IMG/VR virus record: IMGVR_UViG_3300042400_000444
Direction: 5' to 3' (one strand)
DNA: 64,000 nucleotides
DNA from: a virus
Lineage: Duplodnaviria > Heunggongvirae > Uroviricota > Caudoviricetes
The translations under genes and the position numbers were made by a program. Positions 45,222 through 55,400 of the stretch are shown here, piece by piece; position 1 is the stretch's first letter; every line of letters begins with the position of its first letter. The notes under the pieces were generated by a model. It made no database searches and was not told the origin of the DNA. It was given only the letters and a program-made list of their open reading frames with translations.

Positions 45222-46199
45222 TTAGTTGAGTGCTGTTGCTGGCGTTACTGTGCCCCACGAAGCTGAAAGATTAGTTGTTTCTGGTGGTGTGATTGTTACT
45301 GATGCACCGACTGTCATACTAATGGCATCGAATGCTTGGCCTACTGGTGGTACGCCCAAATCTTGCGTAGTATCAGCTGCACCATCGTAATAATCAATAG
45401 TGAATGTTACTACGTTGCCTTTCCCGCCATTTACACCAGCCGGACCAGTTACTCTACACCATACATCAACATAGTTGGCTGTGTATGCCGCTGTGGTACC
45501 AGTTAATCTAATTAATTTTTGGTCTGTTGTGAGCATGTCCCAGAAACCAAGTGCGCTACCATCTGTTGTTAATGTTCCGCCAGTCCCGGTACGAGTATTT
45601 GTTGTTTGGTCAAAGTTTAATGTTCCTAATGCTGTTGCTATTAATGCAGTCCATGCAGCTTCTTTAGAGTTGTCTGCTCCGTTTATTACACTAAACCCAA
45701 GACTTATTCTGCCGCCTGCATTAAAGAAGTAACGTGCAGAGTCCGAATCAGCAAAAGTCACTGTGCGAACCTGTTGGAATGATGTTGGCGTTGCTGAACT
45801 CCATCCTGCTGTATATGCTGTTGTAGATGCAGACCCACGTGTACTATTAAACAAAAGTCTATTAGTAGTTGCTGTAGTAATGCTTCCAGATAATGAAGAG
45901 ATATATGCAATAGTTGCGCCTGCTGTAGGCAATGTAATACCAGAACCTGCACCACCAGACTGATGAATTAATAAACTGTTAAGTCTTCCGACTAATGTAG
46001 ACCACTGTGTGGCAGTAACAGTTGCACCTGCAGCTACACTTGTTAATGTAGTTGATTGGCCGTACCCTTTATCACCTGATCCCACTCCCCACAGAGTATT
46101 AATATTTGCAACTGCGTGAGTAGCCGTCCCATCGGCTCCGCCTGTTGCAAAAACATTGTAATGATCGTGTAATATTAAATCACTTGCTGCGTATGCCAT
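45222..46199 (-). CDS. virion structural / tail-associated protein
   Basis: Thr/Gly/Ala-rich; GYGQ and ARYFFNAGG motifs; downstream of fibre genes. Confidence 0.65.
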   Translation of the reverse strand: MAYAASDLILHDHYNVFATGGADGTATHAVANINTLWGVGSGDKGYGQSTTLTSVAAGATVTATQWSTLVGRLNSLLIHQSGGAGSGITLPTAGATIAYISSLSGSITTATTNRLLFNSTRGSASTTAYTAGWSSATPTSFQQVRTVTFADSDSARYFFNAGGRISLGFSVINGADNSKEAAWTALIATALGTLNFDQTTNTRTGTGGTLTTDGSALGFWDMLTTDQKLIRLTGTTAAYTANYVDVWCRVTGPAGVNGGKGNVVTFTIDYYDGAADTTQDLGVPPVGQAFDAISMTVGASVTITPPETTNLSASWGTVTPATALN

Positions 46200-46211
46200 T
46201 TTTATTATCCT

Positions 46212-47819
46212 TTAACTATTTAATTTAACTATTGCTTCAACAGTGCCTTCGCCCATTGATATTTTATTTTCTAACGCACGACCGATAACATTAAATGCTG
46301 TCATTTCGCTACGTGTTGCAGCTCGAGCTAGCCCAAGTCCTGCACTTACTAGTCTATCACCTTTTGCTACCTTACCAATTACCCTAACTGGTACACGACC
46401 ATTGACTGCAACAGGCGGATGAGTAACATCAGTACCTGCACTGCCATTTAATAAGAAACCCGGTAATGTACTTATCACTCCAAACACTGCTTCGCTTAGT
46501 TCCTGAATTGCTGTTGTAATTTCTTTAATTCCGCCCAATTCAACAACTGTTCCTGGTAGAAGAGGTACATCTGTTTCAAATCTTTCTGCTAAGTCGGCAT
46601 AGTTAGCCGTCATTGCAGTTCCAGTTACATTACCTGTAAAATGTCCATAATATTCAACAGCAAATACACTGCCAAATCTATTAGCTGCAGAACCAATGTT
46701 ACCAACGGTATCTGCGCCTGATTTAGTAATACTCGGCAATGATGCCGGTGCTGTTGTTGTTACATTACCAACAAAATTGTCAGCATATATATTATTAAAT
46801 TTTAAACTACTTGTACCAATATCGATTGTATTAGTTGTACTTGGAATAATTGTAGTAGATATTCTGGCACTAGTTAAATTAGTCCACCCAGTAACATTTA
46901 AATTACCAGTAACAGCTTGATAACCAGAAACAGCTAAGTTAGTATCTACAGTAACAGCACGAGTAGTACCACTAACATTAAGTGCTCTAAAATCCGAACC
47001 GCCCATGTTAACATGTAAATTAATATCACTGTTATTAACTTGGTTATATAATTTAACTGCGCCGCCAACAACACCAATATTAAAATTGTTGCTACCACCG
47101 ATTGTTAATCCAGTATTATTAAGTACACCAAAAGTTGAGCTTGTTGTTGTATTCTGATCGCTACGTAAAAATTGCGATGATGTAAGTCCCGATAATGCCA
47201 ATGCATTTGATGCATTGCCTGTTAATTGTGCATCGGTGATGGTTGTTGACAAGTTCATACCTGGTTTTAGAGTTGCAAATCCAGTAATCGCTGTTTGTGG
47301 AGTAAATACCGGATCTTTAGTAATAATCATTACTGTAGCGTTGGATACATAGAATCTAACAATAACATGACTTCCGCCAATGTTATCGATAATTGTTTCA
47401 ACTGCTGGGCCCGACGTACCTGTACCCGTAGACGTCAATGGTCCAATTAATACCCATGTGCTTCCACTGTAAGTAAATAGTTGAGCTGATGCTGTGTTCC
47501 ACCATAAGTCGCCTGCAATTGCTCCGTTCGGCGAAGTACTAGATGCCATTGATGTATGGATTGGTTTCCATACACTACCTGTATAAAATTTTAAAAGTGT
47601 TGCACTACTATCGTACCATATTTGCCCAGTCATAGGAGCAGACGGTGCGCTATCATATGCAAAATTTTCTAATAATTTAACATAATTTTCATTTAAGAAA
47701 ATACCGTAACCAGCATAATTTTTACCCACTAATGTTAAACTAGTAGCATTAGAGTTCACTGTTCCGTCTAAGATCGAAACAATAGTAGAACCAGATGTTG
47801 TTACAATATTATATGACAT
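46212..47819 (-). CDS. tail fibre with C-terminal intramolecular-chaperone (Peptidase G2-like) domain
   Basis: N-terminal LVGKNY.GYG...LLENFA...GQIWYD; C-terminal YADLAERF...GRVPVRVIG...GDRLV...IGRALE. Confidence 0.75.
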   Translation of the reverse strand: MSYNIVTTSGSTIVSILDGTVNSNATSLTLVGKNYAGYGIFLNENYVKLLENFAYDSAPSAPMTGQIWYDSSATLLKFYTGSVWKPIHTSMASSTSPNGAIAGDLWWNTASAQLFTYSGSTWVLIGPLTSTGTGTSGPAVETIIDNIGGSHVIVRFYVSNATVMIITKDPVFTPQTAITGFATLKPGMNLSTTITDAQLTGNASNALALSGLTSSQFLRSDQNTTTSSTFGVLNNTGLTIGGSNNFNIGVVGGAVKLYNQVNNSDINLHVNMGGSDFRALNVSGTTRAVTVDTNLAVSGYQAVTGNLNVTGWTNLTSARISTTIIPSTTNTIDIGTSSLKFNNIYADNFVGNVTTTAPASLPSITKSGADTVGNIGSAANRFGSVFAVEYYGHFTGNVTGTAMTANYADLAERFETDVPLLPGTVVELGGIKEITTAIQELSEAVFGVISTLPGFLLNGSAGTDVTHPPVAVNGRVPVRVIGKVAKGDRLVSAGLGLARAATRSEMTAFNVIGRALENKISMGEGTVEAIVKLNS

Positions 47820-47842
47820 TCTATTTTACCTATTATATTAAT

Positions 47843-47848
47843 TATTTA
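47843..47848 (-). promoter_or_regulatory. putative late promoter (ATAAATA)
   Basis: Intergenic box upstream of fibre gene 47819. Confidence 0.45.
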
Positions 47849-47861
47849 TCTAAAAACCGCT

Positions 47862-49208
47862 CTACACCGTGTATTGGAACCAAAAGTCGCCGTCGTTACC
47901 TTGACCGGCATCAGGAGCGTCTGTGCTTACAAATTTAGCACTGCCACCCCACCATTGAGTTGCTGTACGCACATAACTTGTAGTTGCTACTTTGTTGTCA
48001 CCAGTGCTAGTATATGTTTGTGTTTGTGTATTAGCAATACTATTGCTATGTAAATTTACTCCAGAAACAGACGCTGACATAACTGTTACACCATCAACTG
48101 CTAATGTTACACTCCCTGTACCTGCATCAAGTATTTCTAAATAACTATTACCTTCGTAAATTTTATTTTTTAAGAATCCAGAGTTATTAACCACGAATGC
48201 TGTAGTAGCAATTTGTGTGTTGGCTGTACCGTACGATGGTGTCGGTGCTGTTGGCGTTCCTGATAGTACACTGTCAGTAAAACTGTCGTCAACATACCCC
48301 TTTGTTGCAACTCCCATTGTTGTGGTTGGTGCAGATGCCACTTCAACTACGCCATCAGCGCCATTGATATAAAGATAACGTGTATTGTTTGTATATAAAC
48401 CAATATCACCAGCGTTTGAATTATTTGTTATAGCTACGTCCGAACCGCTAACTGATAACGTTAAATCTGCATCAACTCCAACAGTAATACCATTGTCGTT
48501 GACAACACTTAAACTACCTGTACTGCTATTATTGATATCTGTACGTAAATAATGACTTGCTGCTACTCCGCCTAATTGGCTAGCATTTGTTGCAGTGCCT
48601 GCAAACGTACCAAATGATGCCATATTATGGCCTGGGAGTATAGTAGTGAATCCACTTAACGTTGCAGATGGAGTGAACTCATTGTCTCGACTAATAATTG
48701 CGGTACGCACCCCATCTAAATATAAAACAATTACTGTATGTGTTACTGCTGCAATATCGACTATCGTTTCTCGTAATGCACCTGACTTACCAGCAACTTT
48801 GCCCCATACTGGTCCGACCAGTGTCCATCCGCTACTTGCGTACGGTGAAGTGCCGTTGTATATATAAAATTGTTCATTGGTAGTATCCCACCACAAATCT
48901 CCCGCTAATGTAGTTACTGGTGCAATTGCTGTAGCAAGTGCGCTCCCAACTACCTTAAAGGCGGTGTCTGCATAGACTTTTAATAAATTGTTAGTAGTAT
49001 CCCACCATAATTGTCCAGGCAATGGATTGCTTGGTGCTGTTCCGTATGCGAAATTTTCAACCAATGCCACTAAGTTATCGGTCATTATCTGACCGTAGTT
49101 ACTGTAGTTACGCCCAACTAATGTTAAACTAGTTTGTGCTGTGTCGATTGTACCATCTAAGATAGTACCAAGTGTTGTTCCGTTTGTTTTTCTTATTATA
49201 TACGACAT
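47862..49208 (-). CDS. tail fibre protein
   Basis: N-terminal domain paralogous to 46212-47819; GTPTAPT...TQIATTAFV fibre motif. Confidence 0.75.
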   Translation of the reverse strand: MSYIIRKTNGTTLGTILDGTIDTAQTSLTLVGRNYSNYGQIMTDNLVALVENFAYGTAPSNPLPGQLWWDTTNNLLKVYADTAFKVVGSALATAIAPVTTLAGDLWWDTTNEQFYIYNGTSPYASSGWTLVGPVWGKVAGKSGALRETIVDIAAVTHTVIVLYLDGVRTAIISRDNEFTPSATLSGFTTILPGHNMASFGTFAGTATNASQLGGVAASHYLRTDINNSSTGSLSVVNDNGITVGVDADLTLSVSGSDVAITNNSNAGDIGLYTNNTRYLYINGADGVVEVASAPTTTMGVATKGYVDDSFTDSVLSGTPTAPTPSYGTANTQIATTAFVVNNSGFLKNKIYEGNSYLEILDAGTGSVTLAVDGVTVMSASVSGVNLHSNSIANTQTQTYTSTGDNKVATTSYVRTATQWWGGSAKFVSTDAPDAGQGNDGDFWFQYTV

Positions 49209-49221
49209 TTTATTATCCTAG

Positions 49222-49833
49222 TTATGCTGTAGTGCTTAAATTAGTTAAAGTTTGAATACGCACTGTATAATCAATTTGAATTAATCTGTTTAGCGATTTT
49301 TGTACTGGACTAAAAATCACGTGTGTTAATAGTTTACCAAGCCCTTCGCCTGATGTACTAAACCCTTTTAAGCCCAATTCATCAAAAACGAATTGTCCGT
49401 TTAAGTCTTGACTGTTATCAAACACTGCTTGCCCGTTTGGTTCACCGTAATCTAATAAACAACTTACAATAATGTCAGTATATATTTGTCCAGGAATATG
49501 CGTCACTGATATATTATTTCTCAATGGATCGCCATTTGCAGCATTTGTATTATCAACAATTTTATAATATTGCGGACTATACAAGTCAGCATTCTGAACA
49601 TTTGTATTGGTAGGCAAGTATGTAATAACACCAGTTGGGTCAACTGTCGTGCCGCCGTTGCCAAAGTGCATTTCTGTGATAAAACTTAATCCTTTGTTAC
49701 TTAAACTTGTTGCAAGAGCTTCACTCATATTTTCATAATGAATAGCATTGTCTTTATCAACAAATACTTCATTTGTAACAGGATCAAATATCTTTAAGAA
49801 TCCCCTAATACTTAGATTTGACGTTGATAACAT
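49222..49833 (-). CDS. baseplate/tail-attachment structural protein
   Basis: FVFDELGL...LLTHVIFSPVQKS...IDYTVRI; position among tail genes. Confidence 0.6.
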   Translation of the reverse strand: MLSTSNLSIRGFLKIFDPVTNEVFVDKDNAIHYENMSEALATSLSNKGLSFITEMHFGNGGTTVDPTGVITYLPTNTNVQNADLYSPQYYKIVDNTNAANGDPLRNNISVTHIPGQIYTDIIVSCLLDYGEPNGQAVFDNSQDLNGQFVFDELGLKGFSTSGEGLGKLLTHVIFSPVQKSLNRLIQIDYTVRIQTLTNLSTTA

Positions 49834-49979
49834 TATGCTCGCTCCTGTACAAATACTTCTTTAGTCTCAGGATCAAATATTTTAATGTGACTTTGCACAT
49901 CGATTCCGCCACGCTCATCGGGGCGTTTTTCAATTTGAGGCTTACTATTATCTACTGATTGTTGCATTTTATCATCCAT
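49833..49979 (-). CDS. small hypothetical protein (48 aa)
   Basis: Start MDDKMQQ 5 nt after TAAATA (49985-49990); TAATG-coupled to the next gene. Confidence 0.65.
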   Translation of the reverse strand: MDDKMQQSVDNSKPQIEKRPDERGGIDVQSHIKIFDPETKEVFVQERA

Positions 49980-50010
49980 ATTATTATTTATTCTCGCAGC
50001 CGAATACATT

Positions 50011-52422
50011 TTATAGCCTTCCAACAACAACTTCAATTATTCCGTCTGTACCTTCAAAGTCTTCTAACGCTTTGCCTATTACTGCGCCGAACTGCGGAGA
50101 TGTTGTTGCTCTAGCAAATCCATCAGATGCTGCAACCATTAAGTCGCCTTTCTTGATGCTACCAGTAACTCGACACGGTACACGACCAGTCAATGCAAGG
50201 GCAACAACATTGTGCCCTATTAAATTTGTATTCATCAAATGTGCTGGGTTAGTAGATACTATACCAGCAATTCGAGCTGTATTATCAGTGGCCAGTGTAA
50301 CTTCAAATAGTCCGCCAAATTCTAATACTGTGCCCGGTGCGTATTCTGCATCTGCTTGATAGTTTTCTGCTATATCGGCGTATTTTGCAGTAGTCGAAAC
50401 ACCACTGAATGTTGTTGCGTAAACTGTAGCAAATGTCTGGGCGATTTGTCCAATATCTCCCACGCCATTACTGCCCGAATGGGTAATACTTGGTGTAGTC
50501 ACAGACGCTAGCGTAAGCGACGGAACACCCGATAAACTTGCGGCACTACCACTTGTATTTTGATTGAAGGTCGGCCAAACAAATGTACCAGAACTAAAGT
50601 TACCCGATGACGGAGTTCCTAACGCCGGTGCAGTAAATGTAGGAGTGGTGATAGTTGGGCTAGTACTTAGTACTACTGAACCAGTACCGGTGCTTGTTGT
50701 TGTGCCTGTACCACCAGATGCAACTGCCAATGTATCAGACAATCCTGCGGCTGTTCCGCTGGTGTTTTGATTTAATGTTGGGAACGTACAATTAGATAAA
50801 TTACCACTTGCTGGGGTACCTAATACTGGTGTCACTAATGTAGGCGAATTACTTAATACTACTGAGCCTGTCCCTGTGTTAGTTGTTGTGCCTGTGCCGC
50901 CGTATGCTACACTAATAGTTGCGGCATTCCATGTTCCACCTACTAATGTGCCAACTGATGTAATCGCTGTTTGTGCCGGAGTAGTTAATGTACCTTGTAA
51001 TTTAGTAGCAAATACTGTATTAAAAATACCGCTGCTCGATCCAATATTGCCAACCCCACTAGTGCCGCCATTGACTAGTTTAGTGACTGCATCGCTATTG
51101 ATTGTGTGTGCACCAGTCTTAATTGGATCATAAATTGCATTAGTTAGACTTACTTGGCCACCTGCTGGTTCAGCAACATTACTAAACAAATTCCATACAC
51201 CATCAGCGTCATTACGTACAAATCCGGTATGTGCATATACGTTGGCTGGGCCACCAGTAAATGCACTAAAGATACCTATATCATATGAATATGGGTATGG
51301 TGTAGATGCTTCCATATATACCAATGGAGCTGATACAGATAACGTCGAAGTACTAGTAGTAATTAAGTTAGCAGCATAAATGTTTCCGCCTACTCGCATA
51401 TCACCTGCAACTCCAATTCCACCATTTACTACTAGTGCACCAGTTGTTATTGAACTTGTTGCTGTTGTTGCATTAACTGTTAATCCAGTCGACGATAATC
51501 GAGCTCGAAGATTAGATAATTGTGTGCCGCCTGTGTGGAATACAATACTTTTTCCTGAAGTTTGTGTACCCAATGCTAAATTGCCACCGTTAACGTACAT
51601 ATAGCCATCAAGTGCGCCAGCGATACTGTAATCTGGATTAGAATACCCACTTGAGTTAATACCCATATCGATGTATTTGCTAGCATCATCGCCTGTATCA
51701 GCAACTGCAATATAATCCGACGAAGCAGTCGCGCCACTGCTTATATTTTGCATCACAACTTGTTGATAGTTATTAACGCTACTATTGAACTGTGCTACTG
51801 ATTGCGGAAATGATGATGCAACTACATCTGCTCCAACGTGTAGTTGATATGTGCTCGGTATGTGTACATTACCGCTAACGCCGAGTCCGCCTGCTACCAC
51901 TAAAGCGCCAGTTGTTGATGAATCCGAACCAGTTGTTGCTGTGATATTTATAGTGCCACTAGATGTTAATCCAGTTAGTGTGCCAAGTGATGTAATTTGA
52001 TCTTGGACCGGAGTTGCAATATGTCCAGTTAAATTAGTAGCAGTAACATTACCTGCATTAATATTGCCAGTTACACCGACGCCGCCAACTACAGTAAGTG
52101 CACCAGTTGATGTTGATTCCGACACAATTCCAGCATTATTTCTAATTGCACCATCTGTATAAAACGTGCCAGTTGTATACAACTCACCAAATGCTGATCC
52201 AGCAGCTCCTAAATTATACATCGAATCAGTAATCGGAACTAAACTTGAATTAACTGTTAATTGTGCAGTGTTTCCTGTAGTTGCTACATTAGCAAAAAAA
52301 TCTCGTAATACCGATCCATTTATTCTTTTAGTAATATACGGTCCATCGGTATCTACTACTGCCATTAGTGTAGTATTTGTCATGCTAGTCAGCGCCGTTA
52401 ACTGGCTTATTTTAATTGTCAT
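50011..52422 (-). CDS. long tail fibre with C-terminal intramolecular-chaperone (Peptidase G2-like) domain
   Basis: MTIKISQL start; TGAL.V.GG.GV.G repeats; GGTG repeats; YADIAENY...GRVPCRV...IGKALE. Confidence 0.78.
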   Translation of the reverse strand: MTIKISQLTALTSMTNTTLMAVVDTDGPYITKRINGSVLRDFFANVATTGNTAQLTVNSSLVPITDSMYNLGAAGSAFGELYTTGTFYTDGAIRNNAGIVSESTSTGALTVVGGVGVTGNINAGNVTATNLTGHIATPVQDQITSLGTLTGLTSSGTINITATTGSDSSTTGALVVAGGLGVSGNVHIPSTYQLHVGADVVASSFPQSVAQFNSSVNNYQQVVMQNISSGATASSDYIAVADTGDDASKYIDMGINSSGYSNPDYSIAGALDGYMYVNGGNLALGTQTSGKSIVFHTGGTQLSNLRARLSSTGLTVNATTATSSITTGALVVNGGIGVAGDMRVGGNIYAANLITTSTSTLSVSAPLVYMEASTPYPYSYDIGIFSAFTGGPANVYAHTGFVRNDADGVWNLFSNVAEPAGGQVSLTNAIYDPIKTGAHTINSDAVTKLVNGGTSGVGNIGSSSGIFNTVFATKLQGTLTTPAQTAITSVGTLVGGTWNAATISVAYGGTGTTTNTGTGSVVLSNSPTLVTPVLGTPASGNLSNCTFPTLNQNTSGTAAGLSDTLAVASGGTGTTTSTGTGSVVLSTSPTITTPTFTAPALGTPSSGNFSSGTFVWPTFNQNTSGSAASLSGVPSLTLASVTTPSITHSGSNGVGDIGQIAQTFATVYATTFSGVSTTAKYADIAENYQADAEYAPGTVLEFGGLFEVTLATDNTARIAGIVSTNPAHLMNTNLIGHNVVALALTGRVPCRVTGSIKKGDLMVAASDGFARATTSPQFGAVIGKALEDFEGTDGIIEVVVGRL

Positions 52423-52466
52423 TTATGTCTCCAGACACGTTAATCATTTTTTGTTTCATGATGATA

Positions 52467-55400
52467 TTAATTTCCATCAATATCACCGAACTCGCCATAT
52501 ATTTCTATACCCGATTCTGTTACTATATTTACCAACTCCTCATCGCCTATTGCAAAACTCGCTGGATAACCACTTGGCCATTCTTTTAAGAACAATACTT
52601 GAGTTGAATCAGTAAACTGGAATCCTAATCCGTCTGCTGGTGCTACTCCAGGTATAGGTATATACCAAGCATTATCTGTTTTTAACGTTACATTTGCTTT
52701 AACAGTAACATTTCCATTGGCATCTACCGGTCCAGTAACATATCCATTAGTTGAATCACTTGCTGTTAATAAATTCATAGCAAGCGGAGCAATGTCGGAA
52801 CTAATTGTACCATTGATACTTATTTGATTACTTACATTCGCAATATATACCGATGTTGTAGGATGTATACTTGTAACCGTGCCACCATTAATTGCAATGT
52901 TGCTAGTGCCTAATTCAAATATTGTTGTATCAGCATATACCAAACTAACATACATACTATCTGTTACAGATTGTTGCACTGTTGCATTTGCAGTTATATA
53001 AACATTTGGTTCTATTTCATAAGTTTGCGTAATGTAATCGCCACTAGTTACAGTGATATTACTATTTAATCCAACATTTGCAGCTGCATAACTAAACGGT
53101 ATATTGTTATTTTTAATAACAGTAGCACGAGTTACAGCCCTGATACTTGCAGATGTAGGATATGCATTAGCATCCACTCCATTCAAACTAATATTACCCG
53201 ATCCTACAGTAAATTGACCGGCAGTATATACCAATGTTATGTAATTTTTAGTAGAATCGGATTTTGTTACCCGAGCAACTGTACCCGATGAACTTTGAGT
53301 TACAATGTCACCAACTTGTAAAACTGGTAAAATAGCACTTACTTGTATGGTTTCGGCAGTTAAGGTTGATATTGCAGTTACCGTAACATTAGCACCAGTG
53401 CTTGCTTGTGTAATATAATCACCAAACGTTGGTATGATTGCATCAGTAAATGTTAACTCATATGGCGGAGTTGATGTAATAGTGTATGCATGATCCACTG
53501 CATGAGTTACATTACTAGAAACAACATCTGGCATCGTTTGTTCATCGCTTGCATCAATCACTGCTATACCAGACTGGTAATTTATACTTGCAGCTGTTCC
53601 TGCTGTTCCTCTGCGTAGTTGACCCAATGTATTATTAATTAGATCAATTGTATAATAAGTAATGCGCTCAGATTGAATGAATATAACCCCGGGTATCAGG
53701 GCAGCAGCATTTGGTGTTGCAAATACAGACGCATCTTCAACGTGGATTAAACTATCGTTAATATTCAATGGTGCTGTTAATACTGTTGAATGGTGTGATG
53801 AAATTCTTAAATATGTAGGATTATGTAACATATCATGTAATATACGATAGCCCAACACAACTGTACCGCCGAGAATCTTAGTATACACTTGCAGATTTAA
53901 TGTATCAAACACAATGCCAGGAACAAGTTCTTCTGGCGCATGGCTCGAGAATTTGTCAACATACGCACCGCCAACAACATCAATGTCTTCGGGTCGCGTA
54001 CCCAATGCTAAGTCGGCATAGTTACTTTGAATAAGTGCATCTACTGCGTAGTCACTTACCATTGGTAGCCCGTCTAGATCATATTGCACTTGATCGAATA
54101 TATCAAAGTCAAATGTGCCTGCATCTAAGCCCGGTGATTGACTAAACGGTAGCCCCGTTACTTGTACTCCGGGATAATCAATACCGTAAATTAGTTGCGC
54201 TAAGTTTTTCGGCGGTAAATCGACGCCCGGAGCATAGTTTGCCATAATTCTATCGTTGGCATTGTTAAAATTAGCCGACGGGTAAACAGTATAATCAGAT
54301 GCAATAAATTTATTAGGTGAAGTCATGCTTGCATTTACTATATACCCAACTGCATCATAACTCACAATGTCACCTGCTACATATACTGTATTTGGAGCCC
54401 ACTCGGTCACTGTACTAGTATAACTAATTCTATCAAATTTCATGGTTGTGTTAACACTACGTACTAGACTATTATGTAATCTTGCATAAGCAGTTGCTCC
54501 GCTGCCACTACCATTAAGTCGAACTACTACTTGTTTACTATAACCACTTCCCTCAGAGTCCATTACAATCTCCGTAACTTCACCAGTATCGAAGTTAATT
54601 AGCGCATGTGCTGTTGCTCCGGAACCATTGCCATAAATTTCAACAATAGGTGCATCAGTGTACCCTGTACCGGCATTATCTACAGTTATAGAGTGGATAT
54701 GGTAGTGTCTATTAACGTACCATTGATTATACAGTTCAGTTTGCCATAGTGATGAATCTGTTGCAATTTGTTCACCGCTAGGGCTACGGAAAACCCCCGA
54801 GTCGTGGTCGTAATATGCCGGTAAATCAAAGTCAGTTACATTACCACTATATTCATCAGTACTATTGTAGTTAATTAAGTATTCACGTATTTTCGTTGAG
54901 TACGGCTTGACTTCATTTATATACTCTTGATAATATGATTGATTATCTTTGATATAGTTCGGTGGTTGAGTTAATCCACGCAATCTATGTACTACACTAA
55001 TGAAACTAGTTTTAAATATCCAATCAACATAAGTTTGTTCAGTAAATAAGTAATTCATTAATTCAAAGAATAGTTTATTAAAGTCGCCGGCTAAGGTATC
55101 TACAAAAATATCATCGCGTAATGCCATAATAATATTACGAAGTTCTGTATATTGATTCAGTGATACATTAGTCAATTTAGCTTTGTTAAGTTGTATTGTA
55201 CCATTTTGCTTGCCTACAACGATAAACTCGTACGCTGCATTTACTATGACTAATTCCCATATCCCGGCACCAGTATTGGTTATTTTAATAATATCATCGG
55301 GTGCATATGGTAGTTTCAATGCATCAAGTAATGATGTAACTGAAAATGCAGGTTTAGTAGCAGAATCGTAACCTGCTGCATACCAATCCACATAATCCCA

